A stretch of DNA of 64,000 bases from Chiloscyllium plagiosum. Lineage: Eukaryota. Where the stretch lies: positions 24,920,500-24,984,499 of the forward strand of contig NC_057720.1 of assembly GCF_004010195.1 (NCBI RefSeq). The letters run 5' to 3'. Shown here in pieces: positions 11,565 to 24,979 of the stretch; position 1 is the stretch's first letter; every line of letters begins with the position of its first letter. The translations under genes were made by a program, and so were the position numbers. The notes beneath the pieces are model-generated. The model saw only the letters and a list, made by a program, of their open reading frames with translations, searched no databases and was not told where the DNA came from.

Positions 11565-14500
11565 CATTGGTTAGGCCACTGTTGGAATATTGCATGCCTT
11601 ACAAAATTGAGGGTTGGCGCGTCCAGAACTAGAGGGCATAGGTTTTGGGTGAGGGGGGAAGGATATGAGACCTATGGGGCAACCTTTTTCTCAGGGTGGT
11701 GTGTGTATGGAATGAGCTGCCAGAGGAAGTGGTGGAGGCTTGTATAATTGCAACATTTAAAAAGCATTTGGATGGGCTTATGAATAAAAAGGGTTCTGAG
11801 GGATATGGGCTAGGTGCTGGCTGGTGAGACTAGATTGGGTTGGGATATCTAATTGGCATGGACATGTTGGACTGAAGGGTCTGTTTCCATGCTGTACATC
11901 TGACTAAGGCATGCTCCCTGTCTGATTTTCTTTTTTTTGTTGTTGTTGTTGTTGTTGACTGAGTCAACGAATCTTCAGAGAAGAAAATGCACTATTTCTA
12001 CTGTATCCCTCTCAACTGATGCTTGTCTACCCATCCACAACGTTTTGAAATAACCTAGCAATTGATTAGAAAACCATTTCCCACAAGTATGGTGATTTTA
12101 AAAAGTTTACTATCCTAAAGCAGTTCAGTTTAGAGGATAAACTGTCTTGCAAACACTAACCATGTTTAGCAAAGCAGAATGCTGTATTTGTACTGAACTG
12201 GGGTGAGTGCAAACAGCCCAGGAATAAAGCAAATTTACTCTAGTGCGTGCATACAGTTCACTTGTAGACTGATTTATTAATTCAATTTCATATTGAAATA
12301 GGTGTAAACATTTCAATCTTTGGCTCAGCCATGACTACATTTGAATGTTGGACTTGCTGCACTTATCATTCCTTGATTCCCTGAAATCTGATCACTTAAG
12401 TATAGGGATGCTGTCATCAATATTGCCTAAGTGGTCAACCTGAGGTTGAGACCAATCCTCCAAGTTTTTCAGCCAAAACAAACATACATTCGACCTGTAG
12501 ACCATCAACTGCAGATTTTCAAACTCCAGGCACAGGCATATCATAAGACAGGTCTACTCCATCTCTCTCCCATGTAAGAAAATTCCTCATCTTGGAAATT
12601 CAGCTTAATATACATTTTCTAGAGTTTTCCTCCAGCCAAGTTTATCCACCGTGGTAAGGAGGCCACAGTATATCTAGATGTTGTCTGAGGCCCTACATAA
12701 TTTCAGTATTAATAGGAGCTTCCTTTAAAGGAAAATCAGTGCAGAAACTAAGTTGAGGCCTCCAGGTACCCCACACCGAGTTGAGGTGGTATAACCTCTA
12801 CCAAATCCTTGATTGGTTAATAACTTCACCACCATCAAACATGCTTGTCAACAGCAACCTTGATGCAGTTCACATTTTAATGTGAAGGCACTTATTTTGT
12901 ATCTAATTTTGCGTTATGACAACACTGCAGAATTTACTTCCATTCGTCTAAATTCTGCCTGTGGTGTAAGACATTAACTTGTATTCCTTTGAACATTCAG
13001 CAGGGTTAGTAGCTAACTCATGTATAAACTGACCATACTGAGAAATGACCAATAGTGATGCTGTTTGAGGAATATTGCTTATAATCTTTGTTCTAATATA
13101 ACATTGATGCTCCTATGCACTTGAATAGACCAGTTTGCCACTTTCACTTCTGGGCTGACTGATTTTTCTTCAGTTTTGTACCATCCCATCTACTTGGGTA
13201 ATAAACATAAAGGGAGACACTGTGCACTTTATTTTCTGTGAAAATGTCAAATCCAGTTATTTCCTTCCCCCACTTGTTCTTCCCATCCAATGTTTTTGTT
13301 AGCATACAACTAATTCCATCACTGATTCAAACTGTACGATCTAGATCGTAATGAAATGGGAGCTTTGTGGAAAAGCTAGATTAATGACGAGAATGGAGCA
13401 ACGTCCTTGTAGGAGGCACTTTGCAATGCAGTATCTAACCAGTTTGCTTCAGCCTTAACAATGCAGATTACTCTGGCTTGTTATACATCAGAACAACTTC
13501 TTCATTATGTGGACAATAGCCTAACTGTTATAGAAACACAGCTGCCTGAATTATTTTAAAGAACAATAAATGGTCTGACATTATTGAATGCAGAAATGGA
13601 AAGCCTTGGCATACATGTTTACTGTAATAGTGTCACATTTTTCAATAATTGAATTTTACTGTGAAGTGTCTTTGCTCACTGGCAGCCTTAGTGTTAAGGC
13701 CAGTTAAAAGAGCATCAGTAATCCTGGGGCCTATAATTCTGAAAGGTTGACTATTCTCTGTTCACCCCTTTCTCCCAAAATAATCATACTTCTAGGCAGA
13801 ATGGGTTATAAATCTTCAAGACGATGGCCATAGGCTTAATGTAACAAGATTCCATTACACTTTGAAAACTGTGGAGCTTTGTGGTGTTGAATAATGTTGC
13901 AATATTTAAGTTGAAAGATTCCCATGTCCTGGGCACGTTACCCCTGAGGCAACTTCACTAAAACAGGTTGTTAGGTTATGCTGGTGACTGGAGTTCTCAT
14001 GCAGCCATGGCTACGCTTACCAAGTACTTAATTTGGGTCCAAACTTGTTTAAGACCTCCTGAAGTTTGACTGCACCTCGCATATGAAAGTAACTTAATTG
14101 AAGCTTCTCCCTTGCATTTTTGACCAGAGCTGAATGACCTGTTATTGAGATAATCTGACTAGTGTGGAAGAGCACTTGAAAGATGAGAACAAATTTCCAT
14201 TAGTTTTCAAATTCCATTTGAAGAAAAGCTTGTTTCCATTAGGGCTTTTGCACACTTGTCTTTTTTTTCCCTCTTCCTACATCTTTGGGTTGTAACCATT
14301 TCAAATGTTGAGACATTTGTGTAATAACTTTTGGTTATTAAGCTAAAAGATTCTTCACTTTGGTACATTTGTACAGTAATACAAGTGATTTCTGACCCAT
14401 GATGTTTACCTGATCATCTGTTCCTACTCCTATATTGTATTGCCTGTGGCTATATTTCTCATGAGATGAGGTAGTGAAAAACTCCTCATCCATTTTGACT

Positions 14501-16870
14501 TGGGACCCTTGGGGTGTCATTGCCCAAGGCTTGTAGTTGATGACTAAACATGAACCTAAAATTGCTTCTGTTGTTTCCTCTGATCTTTGATCAATGTCTT
14601 CTACTTCCCCATCTTTAACAGTAAATGACTAAAATAAACTGGTCACACGTGGCACATGCTGCATCATCCCCAGCCTGAAAAAGCACAATGTGACAGCATT
14701 GTAGATGACATGTATTGTTTCACAACTAAAATGTTTGCTCCATAAACTGCTCCCTCCTTAATGGGTTAAGATTTTAGAACCCCACCCAAGCAGTTTGGTT
14801 TTAAATTGCTGGCTACTTCAATGTTACCTGCTTCACCAGGGACTGATAGTGTTTGAGTTTAATGTTGGGATACTATTCTGATTAGTCAAACTAATTTGTC
14901 AGGCTTGCTAAGCATTTTCAGCACTAACTGTAGATTTTCCAGCATATACAGTAGTTTTTCTTAAAATTTAACATGGATCACTTTGGACACTTTTTTTTTG
15001 TCTTTAATGGTGTCCAGTCCATTCTAGATTAGCTTCATATCCTTTTATCTGGACAAATCCATGCACATGTGGCATGTTTGCCATCAGAATGAAATCTCAA
15101 CATTTTCTGTGAAATCAGAATTGTGCACATGACAGCCTATGGAATCACTGCTTGCAGAGCAATTCCTTATACTGTGGACAAGTGTGGAAAAGTGTGCAAT
15201 AAACTCTCCTTCTGGAATTGGGTCTGATGTGAGGGCTGTGGAGTGGGCTTCTAGGAATGTAGAATGTGTGTTTTGGAGAAATGTATGGGAGGGGTAACTT
15301 CAGCATTGTTTAAATGATTGAAAAGATGCATTCAGATTTTAATATTGGCAGAAACCTACATAAAATATAATACATCCAGATGGAAAACTTCTTTTTCCCT
15401 GAAGTGTTTAAATCTCTTTTGAGGGGACTGCAGAAAACCTTCCTTTTGTTTAAAGATGCTTTTCCTTCTCTTATGGAACCCCTCTGGATGTTGTCAATTT
15501 TTTTCAAAAAAAACTAAAACTTAAAACTACTGCACCACACTCTTGCTCTCTTTGTTTTTGCTACAGTAATATTTCAAGATGTGTTGAACTCTATACATCT
15601 TTATGGAAAGATGTATAATTATTTTGTGTTGCTTTGTGAACTTTCTTTAATCAACTGGTAGTTTAATACAGGCTGGGTATCTCAAAGTCCTTTCTCTCTT
15701 TCAGAAAGACTGCAGTGGTCACTTCACCAGATGGCTTCCTTTGCTGGGGAGGGGGGGGAAAGAAGAGAAATAAGGATGTGAATTATGGTTGTGTGCACTT
15801 GACAATCAAGAGGGTAGTGGATGGAGGCATTTTCTTGTCATCTTCCTTTGAAAGGGACGAGTGAAGTGGTCAGAGGACTGTCGCACACGAATTCAGGATC
15901 AGACATGGGGAGGTAATGGGACTGATGTCGTGCCCTGCCAAACCTCTGAAGGCATGTGGCCTTTGATATAGAAATGCCATCTGCTGGAGGTTCTTTCAGT
16001 TTACACAATTAGATTGTTGTATGAGCGAGGTTTGGAGGAAGACTGTCCCCTTTCACCCGCCTGGCATGCAAATAGGATTTGAGCCACAAGCTGCCTTTTG
16101 ATCAAATTCCAGGCGGTATCCAGCTCTCTAATTTAAAGTGAAACTGAGTAGGCTGCAAATAAGAGGAAGAGAAACAGCAGTTTGTTTTTATTGCATGCTT
16201 ACTCCAATAAATTGTGGCTTTGCCTGATGACTCTTTAGAGTAAGAAGCTGAATTGTTCCTTTTTTAATTTCTAACATATTAGTGTCCAAATCATTTTCCT
16301 GTAAACTTTACTTCCTGTTTTCCCTTTTTTCCAGCAACGCAGGAAACACTTGTGCTGTGAGCTATTGGAACAATGAGTAAGAAGTCCCCCTGGTTAGAAT
16401 ACACAGGTCACTGGCATCTGTTTCAGTGTTCTTTCAGAAAGGTTTAGCTGTAATTTGTCTGCATGTTCTGGACTTTTCCAATCAAGGAAATAACTACACT
16501 GCATTTAATCACATTCTTTTACAATTTGAAACACATTCAATCCCTCCACTTTCCAAATGTCAATAAATACAATGTAAATCACTCCATTTTCACTTTTTTA
16601 AAAAAAAACTCTTCTGTGTAGTATTTAAACCTTTTTGTCAATTTTTAATTTAAATTTTGCATACAGCATAAATAGAAACCATACCTAAAGCTAATATGGC
16701 TTCTGTGCACTTTAGAACACTTCCTAATAACAATGTCATGATTCTTCACACCTATACAAACTCAGACTTGGCAGTATCTGGAGGGAGAAAGAAGTTAAAC
16801 ATGGCTCTTCTTGGAACTCTAAGCTTCACTTTAATGTGTTCTGGCAAATTGCAAGGCTTTAAGCAATACA

Positions 16871-16997
16871 TCCCTGATGAAGGGCTTATGCCCGAAATGT
16901 CGATTCTCCTGCATCTCGGATGCTGCCTGACCTGTGCTTTCCCAGCACCACACTGTCGACCTAGATCTCCAGCAACTGCAGTCCTCACTTCCTCCTA
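16871..16997 (+). mobile_element. Isolated Penelope-like terminal repeat with hammerhead motif
   Basis: CTGATGA-A-GGGC-TTAT-GCCC-GAAA-T-GTC-GATT (16874-16905), then the family tail ...CTCCAGCAACTGCAGTCCTCACTTCCTCC. Confidence 0.85.
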
Positions 16998-17024
16998 GCA
17001 ACATTTTGCTTCAAGATCTGGTGG

Positions 17025-17400
17025 TCAGTCAGTTATACAGCATGGCAATACCCTTTGGCACAGATGAGTTGGACCAATCAGATCCTAAATTAATCTAGTT
17101 CTATTTGCCAGTCTTTGGCCCCCTATGCCCTCAACCATTCCTACTCTTATACCCATCCAGATGACTTTTAAATGTTGTAATTGTACTAGCCTCCACAACT
17201 TTCTGGCAGCTCACACCACCATCTGCTTGAAAAAGTGGTCCCTTTTTAAATCTTTCCCCTCGCTCCTTACATCTATGCCCTCTGGGGTAGAGTCCAAAAC
17301 TACCCTGGGGAAAAGATGTTGGCTATTTTCCCTATTCATTGTCCCTCATGATTTTGTAAACCTCTAAGGTTACTCCTCAGCCTCTGCTTAGAGAAAGGCC
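17025..17400 (-). mobile_element. CR1 LINE 3' end fragment
   Basis: Same reverse-strand 3' UTR motifs as 6765-7130 (ATACCCATCCAGATG..TTTAAATGTTGTAATTGTAC). Confidence 0.8.
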
Positions 17401-18032
17401 AATCTCTCTTCCCTCTTCAGTCTGCATATAAAAGGTGTGCACATTTGTTTGAGGTTTTTTAAACCTAGTAAGGTGTTTGTAACACTCCCAAGGTTATACC
17501 TCCCTGATTTGACTTTTGAGCAGTCAAATGGTCTTTTTATTTTGTGCTATTTGATGCTTGAGCTGAACTACTTTCACTTGAATCTTGCACAAATGACTGA
17601 CTTTCACAACTGCCTTTGTTTATTTGAACTTGTACTCCTTCTGTCTTTTAGCACAGTTAATCTGTGATCCTTCATGACTAGCATTGTGAATGTATTCTGG
17701 TGTACTGTTACCTGGCACCCATTTGCTGAGTAATGATCCAATCAACCTGCTACATGGAAAGTAGTAGGAAATGTACTGTGAATATTCAACACTTTGAGCT
17801 TAAAGTATGACCTTTCTAATTTCTGGAAACCAGAGAAAATCAAGTAGATCTATTTTAAAAGGCAGCATTGAATTCTAAATGTTACTGAATACAAGGTGCT
17901 CCAGCAAATAGTGAACTAGAAAATGATAGGGATGGCAATACTGGGCTGGAGAGAGGAAGTTGTCAAGGCTGGAATCTATTGGCAGAGACTGGAGAAGCAA
18001 CTGCACCATTTGGTCCATTTGTTTCCATTAAT

Positions 18033-18370
18033 TAGACCATAAGACATAGGAGCGGAAGTCAGGCCATTCGGCCCATCGAGTCCACTCCGCCATTCAATCA
18101 TGGTTGGGCATTTCAACTCCACTTACCCGCTCCCCGTACCCTTAATTCCTTGTGACATCAAGAATTTATCAATCTCTGCCTTGAAGACATTTAGCGTCCC
18201 GGCCTCCACTGCACTCTGCGGCAATGAATTCCACAGGCCCACCGCTCTCTGGCTGAAGAAATGTCTCTGCATTTCTGTTCTGAATTTACCCCCTCTAATT
18301 CTAAGGCTGTGTCCACGGGTCCTAGTCTCCTCGCCTAACGGAAACAATTTCCTAGCGTCCACCCTCTCTG
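18033..18370 (-). mobile_element. Young CR1 LINE 3' end
   Basis: Open reading ...KLFPLGEETRTRGHSLRIRGGKFRTEMQRHFFSQRAVGLWNSLPQSAVEAGTLNVFKAEIDKFL (CR1 ORF2 C-terminus). CpGs largely intact. Confidence 0.92.
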
Positions 18371-18939
18371 CATCCTCAGATATACACACAATTCTAACAT
18401 GGTGGTCAATAATAAAGTAACAGCTTTTCAGGTAAATTTTTGGTTCTTTGCACTTCTCTCTCCTTGTCCTCGTCATCCTCCTAACTCTCTCCCCTCCCTT
18501 CTTTCTCCCCCCCCCCCCCCCCAATCCAGCATTCCTTGTACCTATCTGTAACCGTTGTTGGCTTTCTCCCCCTTGCTGACCAAGAATCAATCTCCACCTT
18601 AAAATATACTTAAGGACTCTACCCCCACAATTGTTTGTTTTAGTTTTTTTTGTGCACAAGTACCTTCAAGTTTACTTTGTTTTCCAGCTTTCTGTAGTTT
18701 TTTTCTCTACTTTTTGTTCTCCCTTCCAAATAAATAACTTTACATTGTCCCACTTTTTTTCTCCATTTTGTCCACTTAACTTACAACAGTTTTACAGAGA
18801 TGTTTATCCCTCTTGCAACTTGCCTTTCCACCTTCTTTGTCATCTGCAAAATTGGCTACAGTGCATTTTGTTTTCTGGGGAAGGAAGGGTTATTAGTCTA
18901 ATATAGACTGAGATTAATACTGTGTACCGCAGACATGGA

Positions 18940-20090
18940 GGGGGAGGAAAATCCTGGCATTCAAGAAAGTTTGTCTGGTCAGTTTATGGCCAACAATGAA
19001 GGGAGCATTTGGATTTTGCCCCAGGGAATGAGGTGGATAAAGTGCAAGTAAGGGAACATTTGAGTGGTCATAGTATCATGTGTTTGGGTTAACCATAGAT
19101 AAGAAGCAATCTCAAGTAAAAGTAATTAGCTGAATGAGGGCCAATTTCAGTGGGTTGAGAATGAGTCCTACCTAGAATGAAAGATATTTGATTAAAACTA
19201 ACGAAAAGTGAGTGCCTTTTTTAAAAAAAAAACTCTTTGGTTTGGGTATGATTGGGCTAGACTCTCAAGGGGAGAGGGTCAGACTGAAGCCAGAGCTCGC
19301 TCGATGATAAGCCATAGTTATTAGAAGATAGTCACTGAAAGATCAGCTTTATTCAATTGGGGGAACTCTCTCTTTAAAGTTTAGATGCAAGGGGAAATGA
19401 GAAGCAAGTAAGACATCAGATCTACAGGTAACATGAGTATATTGTTTCTGGATTTGCATGTGAATAATGCCAGGGTGGTGAGAAATATTGTACAGTCAAT
19501 TAAGGGTTAATAAATCTTTATGCATGGTGGTAGAGGGTATTGCTGGAGTACTAAAAATACATCTTTATACAAAGGAATGCTGCTAATCTTTAGTGAATGA
19601 GATGGTTATTGAAATATTCTGGGTGAAGAACTGAAGAGGATTATTAAGCTGTCTATCATGAAAAGCAATCTAGGTTGAATAGTGTGTATCTGAGGATGCT
19701 GAGAGGAATTGTGGAGGTACTGGCACTAATCCTCAATCATCATGGATTTGGATTGATGCTAGAGGCCTGGCAAAAAGCAACACCATTTTAAAAAAAAAAA
19801 TCAAGAATAAATCTCATTGGTTCAATGTTAGCATAAAAGCAAAATTAAACATCTGAGCAATGTGAATTAATTGAAAAACACCATGAATTTCCTCAAGTCT
19901 TGTGTTTTCCTTGATGTAATGTTTTGTGGGCTTACGAAAGGCAGTAATGTTGCAAGTTTGCTAGAAAAAGGTGCCCATGAGAAGGTCTGGCAGCATGGAT
20001 GTAGTTAACTGACTAGAAAGAGCAGCAGTGATAAACTGGAGGAATGTACAGAGTGGTGGTCCCTGGGGGTTGGTACCAAAATGGCTACTG
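18940..20090 (+). mobile_element. Old degenerate CR1 LINE fragment (EN-linker-RT)
   Basis: Decayed motifs such as GGGAACATTTG..TGGTCATAGTATCAT, GAGGATGCTGAGAG, GTGGTCCCTGGGG. Confidence 0.55.
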
Positions 20091-20553
20091 TAATTTGATC
20101 TATATTAATGGCTTCAGTGTATAAAGTGCAGTTGTAGTTCCTTTGCCTGTCATATCCATTTGTATAATACCACCATCCAAAATTGTGCTGCTGACATGGC
20201 TGCTTCATAACCATGGTTTCCCACCCACTAGTTGACAGGGCCTTTGACTGCATTCAACCTATCACCTGTGCTTCTGCCCTTGTCCCTTCCTATAACTGTG
20301 ATCCTTGTCCTCATTTTTTTTTTTGTTTTCAGCCACCAGCCTCTGCATTCGCTAACTTGAAATGGAAATCCTATATGTTAACCTCTCCTGAGAATGTGGT
20401 GTACTTTTTTAGTCTTGAAATTCCAGGTTCCTTGTGGCATTAACTCTTTCTTCAATTAGAATGAGTCTTCTGATATTTTTTGTAATTTCATTTGACCTTC
20501 TAATGGACTTCCAATAGTAAGGTACCACCTAGCATCCTTTTTAGTTCTTTAAT

Positions 20554-21318
20554 TGTTATGACCCAGTGAGGAAGGATAAATGAGCATTTAAATCCTGCAG
20601 CTGGCCACCACACTTGTTTAAACTTTATTTAATACTTAGCTATAACTTTAATTTTACAAAGTATGAAGTTTTAATTGGCTTGTCAATTAAGGTTTTCTTG
20701 GAATGGGTTTTGTCCAGTAAACTCAAACCAAATGTACAAACTGGTATAAAGTTGTTAAAAAGGGAGAGAGTCTAGTACAATTGGAATATAAAAAGTTAAA
20801 GTTCTTTAAGAGTTGAACCTGAAGCCATGGCTGTCTTGTTCATGCTCTGTCTCCTCAATAGCAAACTTCTGTAGAATCCTTGTTCTTGCTAAATAATTGT
20901 TGCTATCAGTCTGGCTTTTAAGATGAGCATGCTGAGAAAGCAAGTTCCAGTCCTTGCTGTTACAAATCCATTTCCCTCATGCCCTCTCTGCAGCTCTGAC
21001 AGGCAGCTGTTGAAATACGTTCAATTGTGTGTTGCTGAGGCCAACTCCATTGTTTTTACAAATTGGACTGTAGTGGCTATCCTCTTCGTGCAGAAGATAC
21101 CCAAATTGGACAAATTTTAAACTAAGCATATGAATTTCTTGATACCTGGCTCCGTGTGGTTTCAATGTCTTCAAATAAAATGGTAACTTCAGTGCAGATC
21201 ACTTTTCTGCATTGGTACTCAAACTTGCCTCAGTCTCTGATCGGGTGTTTATAACCATTTATGTTAAATCGTGCAAGTTGATAAAAAATCTTTTAACACT
21301 ACGACATTAGTCACAACC
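20554..21318 (-). mobile_element. Possible solo LTR
   Basis: Termini TGTTATGAC...GTCACAAC(C) are inverted, LTR-style. Minus-strand AATAAA near 20623-20628. No clear target-site duplication. Confidence 0.4.
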
Positions 21319-22462
21319 CTTATTTCTTCTAACTGAAAGTTTGTTCATCCGGCATTTTTTTTTTGGGTTAACATCCCAGCTTAACATAGCAGTGCAAGTT
21401 GTAGGTCATCTTCCATATCTCTGGCTGAAACTGTACAGAGCAAAATTTGTAACCACTTCCATTTGTGGCAAGGTGAATTTTTCTTTTCAAATGTTTTGTT
21501 TACATAACCAAAAGCAACAGGGGTTATCTCCAGGTGAACTTTGTGTGGGGTTACGTCTGTTTCTCCAACTCCTCCACTTCTCCTTTTGCATTTAAAGGTG
21601 TATGTGTGTGTTGCATGATAGATGAGATGTCCATCGTGGTGTGGTGACAGGTATACAGAATCCTCGACTCTATCAAAGTGTACAACACATTCCATAGCAA
21701 GGAAGTTGTCCAATTCCAAGCAGTGTGTCAGGAATGGGTTGGATTTGAGATGGTGCAGAAAAGACTGACTTCTGTTCTGCTAATAGAATGGAAAGATGAG
21801 ATTTTCCCCACTGGAAATGGGGCAAGGAGACTTGATAAGTGCTTGAATCAGTCTAGATACTGCATGGTAAAGGTTAGAGGCTTTTGTGTGAAAGAATTAA
21901 CTAAATGCCAATTTTAAGGTCAAAGAACTAAAGAAACATGAGAAATTTTGAAACATTACTTGGAGTGGTACAGATCTGGAATCTCTACCAAACTATGGAG
22001 GCAAATTAAATTGGCTTTCCAAAACCCTTTATTTCATGCCTTTTATGATTTTCCCAAGAGGCTAGATGGGGAGTGAGACAAAGTAAATTGTTGTGGCAGA
22101 GAGCTGTCAAGTACATAAGGGTTGAATAGTCAACTTTACTGTTGCAATGCTTTAACAGTGGGTTCTGAAGAAAACTCAACTGGGTTAAATGCTAACTGTT
22201 TCTGTTGCCAGACCTGAAGTTTTCTAATGCTCTTGTAACGTTGGTGAGTTTTTAAAAGATGAGACACTTTCTTAGGCAGTCACAGCATTCTAAATTTGAA
22301 TCCTTTCTAAATTCCCTGTAGCACGTTGGCCACATCTGAATCGGCTTCCAGTATTTGATGGTACTTGCTCCTGTTGCTCTAAGGATCCTGGGGCTGGGTT
22401 TGGTTTTGCTGCTTGGATTGAAAATGGCTTCAGGTGGTGTTTTTGTGAGCAGGCTTTTAGAG

Positions 22463-22785
22463 GTGAGGTGATGGCCTAATGGTATATTGTTGATTTTGCT
22501 AATCCAGAAACTCTAATGTTCTGGGACTCCAGTTTGAATACTCACTTGGTAGTGCAGTGTGAATTTAATAAATATCTGGAATTGTAAGCCTGACCACGAA
22601 ACCACAGCCAAATGTGGGGATGGGAGGAGCCCATCTGGTTCATCCCTTTTTAGGGAAAGAAACTGCCATTCTCATCTGGCCTAAATGTGACTCCAGAGCC
22701 ACAGCAATGTGGTTGACTCTCTAGCCTTTTCACTTGCCTTTTGTGAAATGATCTAACAAGCCACTCAGTTGTCAATTAGGACAGT
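22463..22785 (+). mobile_element. SacSINE1-like DeuSINE
   Basis: GAGGTGATGGCCTAATGGT head and CCCATCTGGTTCA...TGTGACTCCAGAGCCACAGCAATGTGGTTGACTCT core. Confidence 0.8.
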
Positions 22786-22964
22786 GTCCCTTCACTTAAC
22801 CTGACAATATGGAGACGATTTGGGTTTATAGACTTCAAACTCTTGAAAGGGCTCGTAATTTTCACCTTCCCTGGCCCATGAACAGCCAAAAATTCTCTTG
22901 GGAAGGGATGTTCTGATCTCCAATCATGTATTTATCACTGCTCGCATTAGCTCACTTATTGCTT

Positions 22965-23020
22965 GTTTTTTACCTCACTTGAATAGTCAATAAGGGGACT
23001 ATTCAAGTGAGGTAAAGAAC
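22965..23020. repeat. Perfect 20-bp inverted repeat (24 bp with one G-U pair), 8-nt loop
   Basis: TTTACCTCACTTGAATAGTC (22969-22988) / GACTATTCAAGTGAGGTAAA (22997-23016). Confidence 0.9.
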
Positions 23021-24979
23021 TGTTTCTGCTTGTAAAGGGGACAAGTGAGGGCATAGGTTTAAAGTGATTTGCAAGAGTGATTTTTTTTTTCTAACGAAAC
23101 TTGTTTCATTATTGCATTTGAGGCATTGGACAATTATTTGGATATAGTGTGCAAGGGTTTAGGGCAAAGGCAGGGATTGGCATTCATAATTTTGTTTTGA
23201 ACAGTCAATGCAGGTACAATGGGCTGAATGGCTGCCAATGCCATAACCATTGTGATTCAAGCCCAACTGTGGCTGGGGTTTTCATTCATTGCTTTAATGA
23301 AATGTCTATGGTTTACGGGCATACTGGACTATATAAAAAGGCTACAGATCTTTAAGACGTGGGTTTTATTTCTGAAATGAAATCCAGTCTAATCTCCGAG
23401 CAACTTGTGTTTGGCTATGTAATATTCTTGTAGCAAAAGCTGGATTTCAAAATGTGGTACAATGGAAGGTAGGAGCCACCTTTTTTCTCAAGCCTGCTTG
23501 TAAGATGTCACCAGAAATGCCACATTTGAAAGAGGTGGAATTGGCAAGATCATGCCACAACAAATATCTTGTGCATCTTCAAATTTTTGTGCACTTCTCA
23601 AAGCAAGCTCACATCCAATTAAAATACAACCACAGCATATGTGTAAACTGAGTACTCTTGGCTGCCTTGATCTAAAGAGAAAATAATTCCCCTTTTTTTT
23701 CTGATCGTCTCTAACATTTCTTTTATTGTTGAGCATATTTGAAATGCTTGGCTTGACATTGTTTCACTCACATCCAATTTGCCTCCAGCCTGGGAGAGTG
23801 AAAGAATTGATACTTATCCCTGATCCATACTCCTGCTCAACGAATACTATCAATGAAGTCAGCTGCTGGAATGGTCACAATTTTTCAATATTCTGATTTG
23901 AGCCAGGTTACTGGGGCAGGATTATCTGCTTACCCATTTGATCTATATCTCAAATTTAGTTTCTTGGCAAGGAAACGAACTGCTGTTCTCACTCTTCTTT
24001 CCAACAATGGTAGCATCTCCCAGATTTTAAAACAAATATCTGGGTGGGTAAGCAGTACAAGCTTATTGTAGTAAGTCATGGTGATGTGCACTGAAATTGC
24101 TTCTAATCTCCCATGCCTCTTAAAGTTTGTCTCTTCTGTTTTAGTGCAATTGGATGAATGTTCCAATGATGTTTCAAAGCAATCTTCTTCTAAAGTGCTG
24201 TCTTTGAATCAAAACTGTCAATTAAGGGTAGCTTGTTTATCATAGAAATTTCTGCTGTCTTCGTATCCAGAAAATTGTATAATGGATGCATTTGTCTACA
24301 AATAAAGCGACTGGTTTTGGGGCACTGCTTTTGGTAAGATGGTTAATTAGGTAGCAAGTACTTCCTGTATTACAGCCAGGTCATACAAATTACTCCACTT
24401 TCTGACTGATGTAATGTCCACTGCTTCAGTTCCTTTTTTTTGTATTTAATACAAAAGGATGAATAACTTCTCAGCCCTGCCACTTCCAAGACCAATGGAC
24501 ATGCTTTATTCCCCCAAAGTGGGACACTGCCTGTATTTCAGATGAAGTTGGCTTGGGGTCTCTGGCATGATGTCCCTATCTCTAGGCCAGAAGGTTCAAG
24601 TCACAACTGTTTCAGATGTGTCATAATGCACATCTGAGTAGGCTCATTCAAAATATCTACAACACTAATTACCTTAGAGGTGTGGCAGTACTATTGCTTC
24701 AGATGGGTTCTGATGCCCAATGAGGATTCTTCTGGGCTAGGAAGTAATGTCCCACCTGACCCTGAGGTTGGATAGCATGTCTGAACATTTTGATATTTTT
24801 TAAAAAAAAATTAACATGCCTAAAGTGTCTTTAAATAACTAGGTGGTTTCTGGCCAGCTCCTCATTTCCCTTGTGATTCATGTCACTTCAGGTTGCCCTA
24901 CAATGCATCTACATCTAGTAACAATCCACATCTAGTCCCTCCAGTTTCTCTCCAGCTCCCAAATGTACATCTCCAAGAT

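Larger units (their letters stand above)
10430..11905 (+). mobile_element. CR1 LINE (RT to 3' end), interrupted by a solo LTR and carrying a tandem duplication
   Basis: ORF 10434 encodes KFADDA.IGG and EQRDLGVQV. The LINE resumes at 11306 (VHSPLKVESQVDRIVKKAFGML) and ends GGTCTGTTTCCATGCTGTACATCT. Confidence 0.9.

Noticed and set aside
15050..15230. Zinc-finger-like peptide PYTVDKCGKVC
   Set aside because: No complete C2H2 spacing and nearby stops; at most a decayed retroelement remnant.
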